A DNA stretch of 24,000 nt from Pseudonocardia alaniniphila (GCF_022524485.1 NZ_JAKXMK010000006.1:220768-244767); one strand, 5' to 3'; positions 7,943 through 15,821 are shown, counted from the stretch's first letter. A program made the numbers and translations. Notes: generated from the letters alone by a model not told the origin.

Positions 7943-8491
7943 ATGAAGGGCCCGGACCGCGGTATGCCGGAAGCCGGGCAGGAACGCCCCGGCGAGGGCC
8001 CCTTGCAGCGGGCCGACCGCAACATGATCGAGCTGCTGCAAGAGCTGCGGGTGGCGCAGACAGGCGTGCAGATCCTCTTCGCGTTCCTGCTGTCGCTGTC
8101 GTTCACGGACCGGTTCGCGAGGCTCGACGAGATGCAGCGGTGGACCTACATCGTCACCTTGCTGCTCTCGGTCATCACCGCCGGGCTCCTGGTCGCGCCT
8201 GCCGCCGCCCACCGCATGACGTTCCGCCGCGGGGTGAAGCAGCAGACGGTGCAGCTCGGCCACAGGCTCTTCACTACCGGACTGGCCACGCTGGCGCTCA
8301 CACTCACGGGGTCGGTGCTGCTCGTGCTCGACGTGGCGACCAGCGACGAGATCGCGGTGCCGGTCGCGAGCGCGGTCGGGGTGATCCTGCTCGGGTTGTG
8401 GTTCGTGCTCCCGCTGCGGCTCCTGCGGCAGCCGCGCAACGGCGGCACTGTCGCCCGGCAGGACGAGGAACGCACGCCGGCTCGAACCTAG
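7943..8491 (+). CDS. DUF6328-family membrane protein.
   Basis: The RNMIELLQELRVAQTGVQILFAFLLSLSF signature is followed by about 3 further hydrophobic segments. An alternative start is ATG 7964. Confidence 0.75.
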   Translation: MKGPDRGMPEAGQERPGEGPLQRADRNMIELLQELRVAQTGVQILFAFLLSLSFTDRFARLDEMQRWTYIVTLLLSVITAGLLVAPAAAHRMTFRRGVKQQTVQLGHRLFTTGLATLALTLTGSVLLVLDVATSDEIAVPVASAVGVILLGLWFVLPLRLLRQPRNGGTVARQDEERTPART

Positions 8492-8503
8492 CCGCCGCCG
8501 CGG

Positions 8504-9277
8504 CTACGCGTCGTCCTCCGTGATCCGCCTGCGCATCTGCGCCAGCGTCTGGGACAGCAGCCGCGACACGTGCATCTGGGAGATCCCGACGCGGTCGGCG
8601 ATCTGGGTCTGCGTGAGGTTGCCGAAGAAGCGCAGCAGCAGGATCGTCCGCTCCCGCTCGGGGAGCTCTTCCAGGAGCGGGGCGAGGGCCTCCCTGTACT
8701 CCACCTTCTCGAGTTCCGTGTCGGCGCTGCCGAGCGTGTCGGTCAGAGTGGTGTCGGCGCCTGCCACGAGCTCGTCCAGAGAGGTGCTGCGGTAGGCCTG
8801 CTGGGCGTCCAGGCCCTCGACGACCTCCGCGGGTGGGATGCCGATACGCATCGCGATCTCGCTGGGCCGCGGAGCCCGGCCCAGTTCCTGGGACAGGGGG
8901 CCGATGGCCGAGTTGATGGCGCTCTGCAGGTCCTTGAGGCGCCGCGGCACCCGCATCGACCAGGTCCGGTCGCGGAAGTGCCGCCGGATCTCGCCGGTGA
9001 TGGTGGGTACGGCGTAGGAGAGGAAGTCGACGCCGCGGTTCGGCTCGAACCGATCCACCGCGTTCAGCAGGCCGACGGTGCCGGCCTGCTCGAGGTCGTC
9101 GACCGGCTCGCCGCGCCCGGCGAAGCGCCGGGCGATGTGCCGCGCCACCGGCAGGTAACCTGTCACGAGCTTCTGGCGCAGCCCGGCTCGGCCAGGATCG
9201 TCCGGCGGCAGGGACGCGAACTCGGCGAACAACGGCGCCAAGTGGGCGTAGTCGGATTCGCGGGAGGAGTCAGACAC
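8504..9277 (-). CDS. SigB/SigF/SigG-family (group 3) RNA polymerase sigma factor.
   Basis: 257 aa. Region 2 is DLEQAGTVGLLNAVDRFEPNRGVDFLSYAVPTITGEIRRHFRDRTWSMRVPRRL. Region 4 is ERERTILLLRFFGNLTQTQIADRVGISQMHVSRLL. No RsbW/UsfX-type anti-sigma gene is adjacent. Confidence 0.9.
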   Translation of the reverse strand: MSDSSRESDYAHLAPLFAEFASLPPDDPGRAGLRQKLVTGYLPVARHIARRFAGRGEPVDDLEQAGTVGLLNAVDRFEPNRGVDFLSYAVPTITGEIRRHFRDRTWSMRVPRRLKDLQSAINSAIGPLSQELGRAPRPSEIAMRIGIPPAEVVEGLDAQQAYRSTSLDELVAGADTTLTDTLGSADTELEKVEYREALAPLLEELPERERTILLLRFFGNLTQTQIADRVGISQMHVSRLLSQTLAQMRRRITEDDA

Positions 9278-9405
9278 GGCGCACCGGGCACCTGGGGCAG
9301 GGATCGGGTCGCACCGTGTGAGCTACCCGCGAGCAGTCGGGAGAAAACGCTCGCGCTGGTACGTTCGTAAGCTGCCATTCCGTCCGTCCGCTTCGCGAAG
9401 GTGAA

Positions 9406-11844
9406 TTGCCGGTGTCGAACAGCACGTCCCACGCTCGCAGCGGCAGCGACGCCCCGGCGGGTGACACACCGACGGGGGACCCCCGTACCAGCGACAGCGC
9501 CTCCGCCGACGTTCTCCCCACCGGCGACGACGGAATCGAGTACGAGCGCCGCTACGTCGGAATGCTCTACGAGCGTCTCGACGCCCGTCGTGCCGACACG
9601 GCGCGGCGGCTCGAGTCCGTGCTGCACGACGAGACGGTGGGCACCCCGCAGGCACTCACCGAACGGGACGCTGCCGCGGCGATGTACACCGACCGCCTCG
9701 CGGCGCTGCGTGCCGCGGAGCACGGGCTCGCCTTCGGCCGGCTCGACACCGACGAGGGCGAGCGCCGCTACGTCGGGCGACTCGGGCTGCTCGACGAGGA
9801 GAACGAGTACGAACCGCTCCTGATGGACTGGCGTGCGCCTGCCGCGCGGCCCTTTTACACCGCCACGGCGGCCTCGCCCGAGGGCATCCGGCGCCGCCGC
9901 CACCTGCGTACCCGCCGTCGCGAGGTCACGGCCGTCGACGACGAGGTGCTGGACCTGGACGACGCCACGGCCGCGTCGCAGGCGGGCGGCCTGACCAGTG
10001 AGGCCGCGCTGCTCGCCGCGGTCGGTGCGCGCCGTACCGGGCGCATGGGCGACATCGTCGCCACCATCCAGTCGGAGCAGGACGCGATCATCCGCTCGAA
10101 GCCCAGCGGAGTTCTCGTGGTGCAGGGCGGCCCGGGCACGGGCAAGACGGCGGTGGCGCTGCACCGCGCCGCCTACCTGCTCTACACGCACCGCGACCGG
10201 CTGGCCCGCCGCGGCGTGCTGGTGGTCGGGCCGAACCCGACCTTCCTGAGCTACATCGGGCAGGTCCTTCCGTCGCTGGGTGAGACCGCGGTGGTGCTCG
10301 GCACCGTCGGGCAGCTGCACCCCGGCCTCGATGCTCGGCGTGCGGAGTCTCCGCTCACTGCTGCGGTCAAGGGCCGAGCCGAGATGGCGGCCGTGATCTC
10401 TGCGGCTGTCCGCGACCGTCAGCAGGTGCCCCGGCGGCCCATCGAGCTCGTCGTGGAGCAGCAGCGGGTGCGGCTGGATCGGGACGTCGCCAACGCTGCG
10501 CGCACGCGCGCCCGGCGCTCGCGGCGGCCCCATAACGAGGCGAAGCGGATCTTTCACAAGGAGGCCGTGCGGCTGCTGGCCGACCAGGTGGCGCGCACGC
10601 TCGGCGGCCGCGGCCTGCTCGATTCCGGCGACCTGTCCGACATCCGGGAAGAGCTCACGGAGAGCAGAGAGCTCACCCGTGAGCTCGATGCGCTGTGGCC
10701 GACGCTCTCGGCCGAACAACTGCTCACCGACCTGTTCTCCTCCCCGAAGCGGCTCAACACGGTGGCCCGGCGGCTCCCGGCCGCCGACCGGGAGCTGCTG
10801 CTGCGCGACGCCCCCGGCGACGACGTCGCGGCCAACCTGCGCTGGACGCCCGCCGACGTCCCACTGCTCGACGAGGCCGCCGAGCTGCTCGGCGACGACG
10901 GTGCTGAGGCGGCGGCACGGGAGGCCGCTGCGCTGCGCGAAGAGGTGCTGTACGCCCAGGGCGTGCTCGATGTGCTCGACCTGGAGGAGGATCTCGACCC
11001 CGAGCTGCTGCGCGCCACCGACGTCGTCGACGCCGACCGGCTGGCCGAGCGCCAGGCCGTGCGCCGCTACGACTCCACCGCCGACCGGGCCGCGGCCGAC
11101 CGCGAGTGGACCTACGGCCACGTGATCGTGGACGAGGCGCAGGAGCTCTCGCCGATGGCCTGGCGGCTGGTCATGCGCCGCTGCCCCACCCGCTCGATGA
11201 CCATCGTGGGGGACATCGCGCAGACCGGCGACCTGTCGGGCGCGGCGTCCTGGGGCGAGGTGCTCTCGCCGTTCGTGGCCGCCCGGTGGCGGCTCGAACA
11301 GCTCACCGTCAACTACCGCACGCCATCGGAGATCGCGGACGTCGCCGACGACGTGCTCGCCGCGATCGAGTCGGGGCTCGCCGCGCCGCGCTCGGTGCGC
11401 AGCACGGGTGTCCCCCCGCGCGCGGTGCGCGTCGACCTCGTCCCGGGCCCCGACGGCGTCCGCACGGCCACGGCGCTGGAGGACACCGTCGCGAAGGTGC
11501 TGGCCGAGGAGACCGGGGCGGTGGGTGACGGCCGCACCGCGGTGCTCGCCCCGGCCGCGCGGGTCGCCGCGCTGCGGGAGCGCCTGCTGGGAACGGACGA
11601 CCCCGAAGCCGACGGCGCCGAGGTGGACGTCGACCTCACCGCGCCCGTGGTGGTGCTCCCGGTCACCGCCGCGAAGGGCCTCGAGTTCGACGCCGTCGTG
11701 GTGGTGGAACCTGCCGAGCTCCTGGCCGAGTCGGTGCGCGGTGCGAACGATCTCTACGTGGCGCTCACCCGCTCCACCCAGCGGCTGGCGGTCGTGCACG
11801 CGGAGCCGCTGCCGGCGATGCTGCACCGGTTGCACCAGGCCTGA
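9406..11844 (+). CDS. helD: HelD-family (helicase IV/UvrD-like) RNA polymerase-associated ATPase, actinobacterial type.
   Basis: 812 aa with LLMDWRAPAARPFYTAT, Walker A VVQGGPGTGKTAVALHRAAYLL, Walker B HVIVDEAQELSPMAW, TVNYRTP and PVTAAKGLEFDAVVVVEP. The start is uncertain: TTG 9406 or GTG 9412, with GAAGG at 9396-9400. Confidence 0.85.
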   Translation: MPVSNSTSHARSGSDAPAGDTPTGDPRTSDSASADVLPTGDDGIEYERRYVGMLYERLDARRADTARRLESVLHDETVGTPQALTERDAAAAMYTDRLAALRAAEHGLAFGRLDTDEGERRYVGRLGLLDEENEYEPLLMDWRAPAARPFYTATAASPEGIRRRRHLRTRRREVTAVDDEVLDLDDATAASQAGGLTSEAALLAAVGARRTGRMGDIVATIQSEQDAIIRSKPSGVLVVQGGPGTGKTAVALHRAAYLLYTHRDRLARRGVLVVGPNPTFLSYIGQVLPSLGETAVVLGTVGQLHPGLDARRAESPLTAAVKGRAEMAAVISAAVRDRQQVPRRPIELVVEQQRVRLDRDVANAARTRARRSRRPHNEAKRIFHKEAVRLLADQVARTLGGRGLLDSGDLSDIREELTESRELTRELDALWPTLSAEQLLTDLFSSPKRLNTVARRLPAADRELLLRDAPGDDVAANLRWTPADVPLLDEAAELLGDDGAEAAAREAAALREEVLYAQGVLDVLDLEEDLDPELLRATDVVDADRLAERQAVRRYDSTADRAAADREWTYGHVIVDEAQELSPMAWRLVMRRCPTRSMTIVGDIAQTGDLSGAASWGEVLSPFVAARWRLEQLTVNYRTPSEIADVADDVLAAIESGLAAPRSVRSTGVPPRAVRVDLVPGPDGVRTATALEDTVAKVLAEETGAVGDGRTAVLAPAARVAALRERLLGTDDPEADGAEVDVDLTAPVVVLPVTAAKGLEFDAVVVVEPAELLAESVRGANDLYVALTRSTQRLAVVHAEPLPAMLHRLHQA

Positions 11845-11879
11845 ACTGCTACCGAGATGTCCGCTAGTGCATCGCACTT

Positions 11880-12291
11880 TCAGTGCGGTGGTGATGGCGG
11901 ACGCGGGGGGTTCGCGCAGCGGGCGAGTGTGCCCGAGAGCGGATGGTGCTGTTGCTCGATGTAGTGCCGCAGGATGCTGGGTGGTGCACCGCTGAGCGAG
12001 GACCACAAGCGCTGCGCACGCCAGTAGTGCCGCGCGAGGTCGGGGAACTCGTGGCGCAGACGGCGCGAGGAGACGCCTTTGAGGCTGTTGACCAGCTTCG
12101 AGATGGCGACCTTGGGCGGGAAGTTGACCAGGCCGGTGAACTCGACCAGCTCGATCTCCAAGTTGTCGCAGACAGCCCGCGTGATCTTTTCCAGCCGGGT
12201 GCGGTGTCGCTCGCTGAACACCCGGCCGGTACTTCGTGACGAAAACCAAGTGCGCGTGCAGCAGGAAAGAGCAGTGTCTGTCAGTGCGGAT
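11880..12291 (-). pseudogene. tnpA: IS200/IS605 Y1 transposase TnpA, decayed: start codon lost, frameshifted, and HUH and catalytic Tyr segments missing.
   Basis: Minus-strand frame A reads (I)RTDRHCSFLLHAHLVFVTKYR. It then shifts frame near 12219-12232 to RVFSERHRTRLEKITRAVCDNLEIELVEFTG-LVNFPPKVAISKLVNSLKGVSSRRLRHEFPDLARHYWRAQRLWSSLSGAPPSILRHYIEQQ. The expected E.DHVHL between EFTG and LVNFPP is absent. The expected SYFAGSVG after LWS is absent. ATC sits where ATG is expected at 12291-12289. Confidence 0.75.
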
Positions 12292-12302
12292 ACGGTGATC
12301 GG

Positions 12303-13496
12303 GTGCAGCTCCGGTACGCCTACCGCCTTAATCCGACACCGGATCAGCGGATCGCCCTCGCGAAGGCGTTCGGGTGCGCACGAGTGGTGTTCAACGACGC
12401 CGTCGCCGCACGCCGAGCAGCACATCTCGCAGGGGGTCCATACCCGACTGACGCGGCATTGTCGAAGGCGCTTACCGCCGCGAAGCGGACTCCCGAGCGG
12501 CCGTGGCTTGCCGAGGTGTCCGCAGTGGTGCTGCAGCAGGCGTTGGCCGATGCGAACACCGCCTACCGAAACTTCTTCGCCTCCCTCACCGGGAAACGGA
12601 AGGGACGCAAGCTGGGCGCACCCCGGTTCAGGTCGAAACGAGACAGGGCACAGTCGATCCGGTTCACCAAGGCCGCCCGGTTCCGAGTGACCCCCGCCGG
12701 TTGTCTAAGACTCCCCGGTATCGGCGACGTCCCCGTCCGCTGGTCCCGCGAGCTGCCGGCCGACGCCTCGAGCGTGACCGTGACCGTGGATGCCTCGGAC
12801 CGGTACCACGCCTCGTTCGTGGTAGAGGTCGACGACCAGCTACTCCCGCCGGCCGGGCGGCAGGTGGGGATCGACCTCGGGTTGACCCATTTCGCGGTGC
12901 TCTCCGATGGCCGCAAGGTCGACAACCCGCGTATCGCACGCAAGGCCGCGGCGAAGCTCCGGCGGGCACAACAAGAACTGTCCCGCCGTCAGAAGGGGTC
13001 GGCTAACCGCGGCAAGTCGGTACGCAAGGTCGCGCGCTGCCATGCCCGGGTCGGGGATACCCGTAGGGACTGGCTCCACAAGCTGTCGACCACGATCGTC
13101 CGCGAAAACCAAGCGGTCTATGTGGAAGACCTCGCCGTGTCCGGCCTTGCCCGCACACGGCTCGCTCGCTCGGTGAACGACGCCGGGTGGTCCACGTTCG
13201 TCGGCATGCTGGCGTACAAGGCGGCACGTCACGGGCGAACGTTCGCCAAGGTCGACCGCTGGTTGCCCTCCACCCGTGCATGCTCGACGTGCGGGGCCAT
13301 CGGCGAGGCCAAGCCCCTGCACGTGCGTGAATGGGTCTGCCCCTGCGGTGCTGTGCACGACCGGGACATCAACGCAGCAATCAACATCCTGGCCGCCGGA
13401 CGGGCGGACAGGCCAACGCCTGTGGAGACGACGTCAGACCTCGGCTTGCCGGGGCAGTTGTCCGCGAAGCAGGAACCCACCGGGAGCGCCGCATGA
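12303..13496 (+). CDS. tnpB: TnpB (OrfB_IS605 + zinc ribbon) RNA-guided endonuclease. The RuvC triad appears intact.
   Basis: 397 aa starting MQLRYAYRLNPTPDQR. RuvC-I is VGIDLGLTHFAV (D191, nt 12873-12875). RuvC-II is AVYVEDLAV (E275, nt 13125-13127). The zinc ribbon is CSTCG...CPCG. RuvC-III is HDRDINAAINIL (D355, nt 13365-13367). Confidence 0.9.
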   Translation: MQLRYAYRLNPTPDQRIALAKAFGCARVVFNDAVAARRAAHLAGGPYPTDAALSKALTAAKRTPERPWLAEVSAVVLQQALADANTAYRNFFASLTGKRKGRKLGAPRFRSKRDRAQSIRFTKAARFRVTPAGCLRLPGIGDVPVRWSRELPADASSVTVTVDASDRYHASFVVEVDDQLLPPAGRQVGIDLGLTHFAVLSDGRKVDNPRIARKAAAKLRRAQQELSRRQKGSANRGKSVRKVARCHARVGDTRRDWLHKLSTTIVRENQAVYVEDLAVSGLARTRLARSVNDAGWSTFVGMLAYKAARHGRTFAKVDRWLPSTRACSTCGAIGEAKPLHVREWVCPCGAVHDRDINAAINILAAGRADRPTPVETTSDLGLPGQLSAKQEPTGSAA

Positions 13497-13513
13497 GCAG
13501 CGCAGACCGGAAT

Positions 13514-13533
13514 CCCCGCCCATCAGAGCGGGG
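13514..13533 (+). other. Hairpin CCCCGC-ccatcaga-GCGGGG. Candidate right-end subterminal hairpin of the IS (3' part of the TnpB omega/reRNA scaffold), and/or a terminator for the convergent SDR gene.
   Basis: A 6-bp GC stem with an 8-nt loop lies 18 nt after the tnpB stop and 6 nt before the SDR stop codon (13540-13542). Confidence 0.4.
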
Positions 13534-13539
13534 AGGACG

Positions 13540-14319
13540 TCAAAGGGGAGTCACGTACGCACCCGAGATGCCGCCGTCGACCAGGAACGTCGAGGCCGTG
13601 ATGAAGGAGGCGTCGTCGCTGGCGAGGAACGCCACCGCGCCGGCGATCTCCTCGGGCCGGGCGAAGCGGCCCATCGGGATGTGCACCAGCCGCCGCTGCG
13701 CGCGCTCGGGGTCGGCGGCGAAGAGCTCCTGCAGCAGCGGGGTGTCCACCGGGCCGGGGCAGAGCGCGTTGACCCGGATGCCCTCCCGGGCGAACTGCAC
13801 GCCCAGCTCGCGCGACATGGCGAGCACTCCGCCCTTGGACGCGGTGTAGGAGATCTGCGACGTGGCAGCTCCCAGCACCGCCACGAACGACGCCGTGTTG
13901 ATGATCGAGCCGCGTCCGGCGCGCTGCATGTGCGGGATCGCGGCCCGGCAGCACAGGTACACCGACGTCAGGTTGACCTCCTGGACGCGTTGCCACGCCT
14001 CGAGGCCCGTGGTGAGGATCGAGTCGTCCTCCGGCGGGGAGATGCCGGCGTTGTTGAAGGCGACGTCCACGCTGCCGTAGTGCTCCGCCGCCGCCGCGAA
14101 CAGCGCCTGCACCTGTTCCTCGGAGGTGACGTCGGTGCGCACGAACAGGCCGTTGACCTCGTCGGCGACCGCCTGCCCCTGTCCCGTGTCGATGTCGGCG
14201 ACGACGACGTTCGCACCCTCCTGCGCCAGCCTGCGGGCCGTCGCCAGCCCGATACCGCTGCCGCCGCCCGTGACGACCGCCGTGCGTCCCGCGAACCGCT
14301 CGATCATGAGACCGGACAC
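13540..14319 (-). CDS. SDR-family NAD(P)-dependent oxidoreductase (classical short-chain dehydrogenase, FabG-like).
   Basis: It has TAVVTGGGSGIG (TGxxxGxG), NNAG, catalytic S...YTASK and PGPVDTP. The start is GTG 14319 or ATG 14307. Confidence 0.9.
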   Translation of the reverse strand: MSGLMIERFAGRTAVVTGGGSGIGLATARRLAQEGANVVVADIDTGQGQAVADEVNGLFVRTDVTSEEQVQALFAAAAEHYGSVDVAFNNAGISPPEDDSILTTGLEAWQRVQEVNLTSVYLCCRAAIPHMQRAGRGSIINTASFVAVLGAATSQISYTASKGGVLAMSRELGVQFAREGIRVNALCPGPVDTPLLQELFAADPERAQRRLVHIPMGRFARPEEIAGAVAFLASDDASFITASTFLVDGGISGAYVTPL

Positions 14320-14420
14320 TAGCCTGGCGCTTTCCCGCCGGTGTGATCACGAGAGCCGCGGAGCGGTCGTAGGGGGCTCCTGAGCTGGGACGAGCGGCGT
14401 TGTCGCGCGAACCTGTCGGC

Positions 14421-14879
14421 CTACGCCCGGGGTGGTGGCTGGCGGGTTTCGATGTGTCGTTTCAAACTCGCGACGTTGGCCGGCATTTCCTTCTGGGCTT
14501 GGCGGCGGACGACGAGCGGGACGAGGAGCTTGCCGATGCCGTGCCCCTCGAAGTCGACTGTGATGGTCAGCCGGGAACGGGTCTCGGTCAGTGGATCCAC
14601 TGTGAGATCGACCGTGGCGCGGATGGGGCCGTCGATGCCACGCACACCCCACGTCCTCGGTGGGTCGATATGGGTCAGTTCGGAAGTCACGGCCCGGTCG
14701 GCTCCGCCGATGCGTCGGGTGGTCAGGCACCTGATGCCTGTTTGCGGAGGGCCGGGATGGTCCATGCGAGCGTCGATGACGCCTGCCTGCCACTCCCTGA
14801 ACCGAGTCGGGTCGGTGGCGTAGGCGAAGACCTCGGCGGCGGGGCGGTCCACTTCCGCAGAGGCGATGATCGGGGACAT
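14421..14879 (-). CDS. SRPBCC-family protein (polyketide cyclase/dehydrase-like, START fold).
   Basis: 152 aa starting MSPIIASAEVDRPAAEVFAYATDPTRFREWQAGV, a typical SRPBCC N-terminus. It abuts the upstream gene with zero gap. Confidence 0.7.
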   Translation of the reverse strand: MSPIIASAEVDRPAAEVFAYATDPTRFREWQAGVIDARMDHPGPPQTGIRCLTTRRIGGADRAVTSELTHIDPPRTWGVRGIDGPIRATVDLTVDPLTETRSRLTITVDFEGHGIGKLLVPLVVRRQAQKEMPANVASLKRHIETRQPPPRA

Positions 14880-15362
14880 TCAGCTCTCCGGTTCGAACAG
14901 GGCGGCGTAGCGGGCCAGGTACAGCGGCCATCCGTGGTCTCCGTCGACGCCTTCACCGACCGACTGCCATCCGGGTCCGTGTCGGTCGAGGTGGCGGTGC
15001 TCCAGCTCGATACGGGTGCGGTTCGGACCCTCCGGGACGAACCGGACCTCGACCTCGCTGGTCAGTTCCGGGTCGGTCTCGACCTGCCACTGCGGGCTGA
15101 TGTCCCAACTGAACACCAAGCGCTCCGGCGGCTCGTAGTCCAGGATCCGCGCCCAGTGGCACTCACTGCCGTCGATCGCACGGTCGTAGATGTGTCCACC
15201 GACTCGCGGCTCGAACACCGTCTCGGTGATCGCAGCTGCGAGCAGGTTGTGTTCTGGTGGCTTGAAGTCGCCGAAACGTTTGGTGAACGCCGTGAAGGCC
15301 TGCGTGATCTCCGCGTTGACCACGACCTGCCTGCGGACAACAGCGGCCTCAGTTCGGGTCAT
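14880..15362 (-). CDS. SRPBCC/AHSA1-domain protein (activator of Hsp90 ATPase homolog 1-like).
   Basis: 160 aa including VVNAEITQAFTAFTKRFGDF...VGGHIYDRAIDGSECHWARILDYEPPERLVFSWDISPQW. A 4-bp ATGA overlap joins it to the upstream ArsR gene, which is the canonical ArsR-AHSA1 pairing. Confidence 0.8.
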   Translation of the reverse strand: MTRTEAAVVRRQVVVNAEITQAFTAFTKRFGDFKPPEHNLLAAAITETVFEPRVGGHIYDRAIDGSECHWARILDYEPPERLVFSWDISPQWQVETDPELTSEVEVRFVPEGPNRTRIELEHRHLDRHGPGWQSVGEGVDGDHGWPLYLARYAALFEPES

Positions 15363-15682
15363 GGACTCTCCTCTGTCGCTTGTTCGGCAACATCCACGTA
15401 GCTGGCGAGAGCTCGCTGCCAGAAGGTGTCGAGCTGATCTCGCAACGCGGCCATCGCCGTCGGATTGAGCCGGTAGATCCGTCGTGTACCGACCGCGCGC
15501 TCGCTCACCAGGCCGGCGTCCTTGAGGATCTTCAGGTGTTGGGAGACCGCAGACCTGGTGACCGGCAGCTCGGCAGCGATCTGCCCCACCGCCTGCGGGC
15601 CCTCAGCGAGGCGGCTCACAATGGCACGCCGCGTGCCGTCCGCCAACGCGCTCCACCCGTCAACTGCTCGGTCAGGACTCAC
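15359..15682 (-). CDS. ArsR/SmtB-family winged-helix transcriptional regulator.
   Basis: 107 aa including ALADGTRRAIVSRLAEGPQAVGQIAAELPVTRSAVSQHLKILKDAGLV...RRIYRL. It has a GTG start at 15682 with no SD, so it may be leaderless. Confidence 0.85.
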   Translation of the reverse strand: MSPDRAVDGWSALADGTRRAIVSRLAEGPQAVGQIAAELPVTRSAVSQHLKILKDAGLVSERAVGTRRIYRLNPTAMAALRDQLDTFWQRALASYVDVAEQATEESP

Positions 15683-15735
15683 TAACGGTTAGCGTTCACT
15701 AATAAAGCTGTGGGTGTCAAGGGTTCAGCGTGAAC
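15679..15735. promoter_or_regulatory. ArsR promoter/operator candidate region: palindrome CTAAC-g-GTTAG (15682-15692), direct repeat TCACTAA (15679-15685 and 15696-15702), and palindrome GTTCA-gcg-TGAAC (15723-15735).
   Basis: This is the most AT-rich stretch in the window and lies directly upstream of the arsR start. TGAAC/GTTCA half-sites resemble known ArsR/SmtB operators. Confidence 0.45.
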
Positions 15736-15821
15736 TGGACGTCGCGCCTCGCCCACCCCGCCAACTCGCCAAAGATCCGGTCTAGTGCGGGCGGTTCTCG
15801 CGCCCGGACGTGGACGCTCCG

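Larger units (their letters stand above)
11845..13539 (+). mobile_element. IS200/IS605-family insertion sequence (divergent tnpA remnant + tnpB) filling the convergent helD/SDR intergenic gap. The exact ends are not determined.
   Basis: It holds a Y1-transposase remnant and a TnpB ORF separated by 11 bp, with candidate subterminal hairpins at 11866-11886 (left) and 13514-13533 (right). The flanking genes stop at 11844 and 13540. Confidence 0.7.

Noticed and set aside
9278-9405. A rifamycin-associated element (RAE) upstream of helD, which would mark it as a HelR-type resistance gene.
   Set aside because: As I remember it, the RAE is a roughly 19-bp GC-rich inverted repeat. I see only a 7-bp-arm repeat with a 14-nt spacer and a 10-bp palindrome, and I cannot reliably recall the consensus. 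No call is made.
12079-12690. The 203-aa plus-strand ORF spanning the tnpA/tnpB junction, as a possible extra IS gene.
   Set aside because: It lies antisense to the tnpA remnant and out of frame with tnpB, and the sequence is Ser/Arg/Pro-rich with no motifs.
13511-13540. GGAATCCCCGCCCATCAGAGCGGGGAGGACGT resembles a type I-E CRISPR repeat (CCCCGC...GCGGGG core).
   Set aside because: There is a single copy with no spaced repeats or cas genes anywhere in the window, and the loop is longer than in I-E repeats. It is better explained as an IS right-end hairpin and/or the SDR terminator.
15788-15806. Small hairpin CGGGCG-N7-CGCCCG just downstream of the MetE-like stop, as a terminator.
   Set aside because: It has only a 6-bp stem and no T-tract, and similar GC hairpins are common by chance here. 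This is too weak to annotate.
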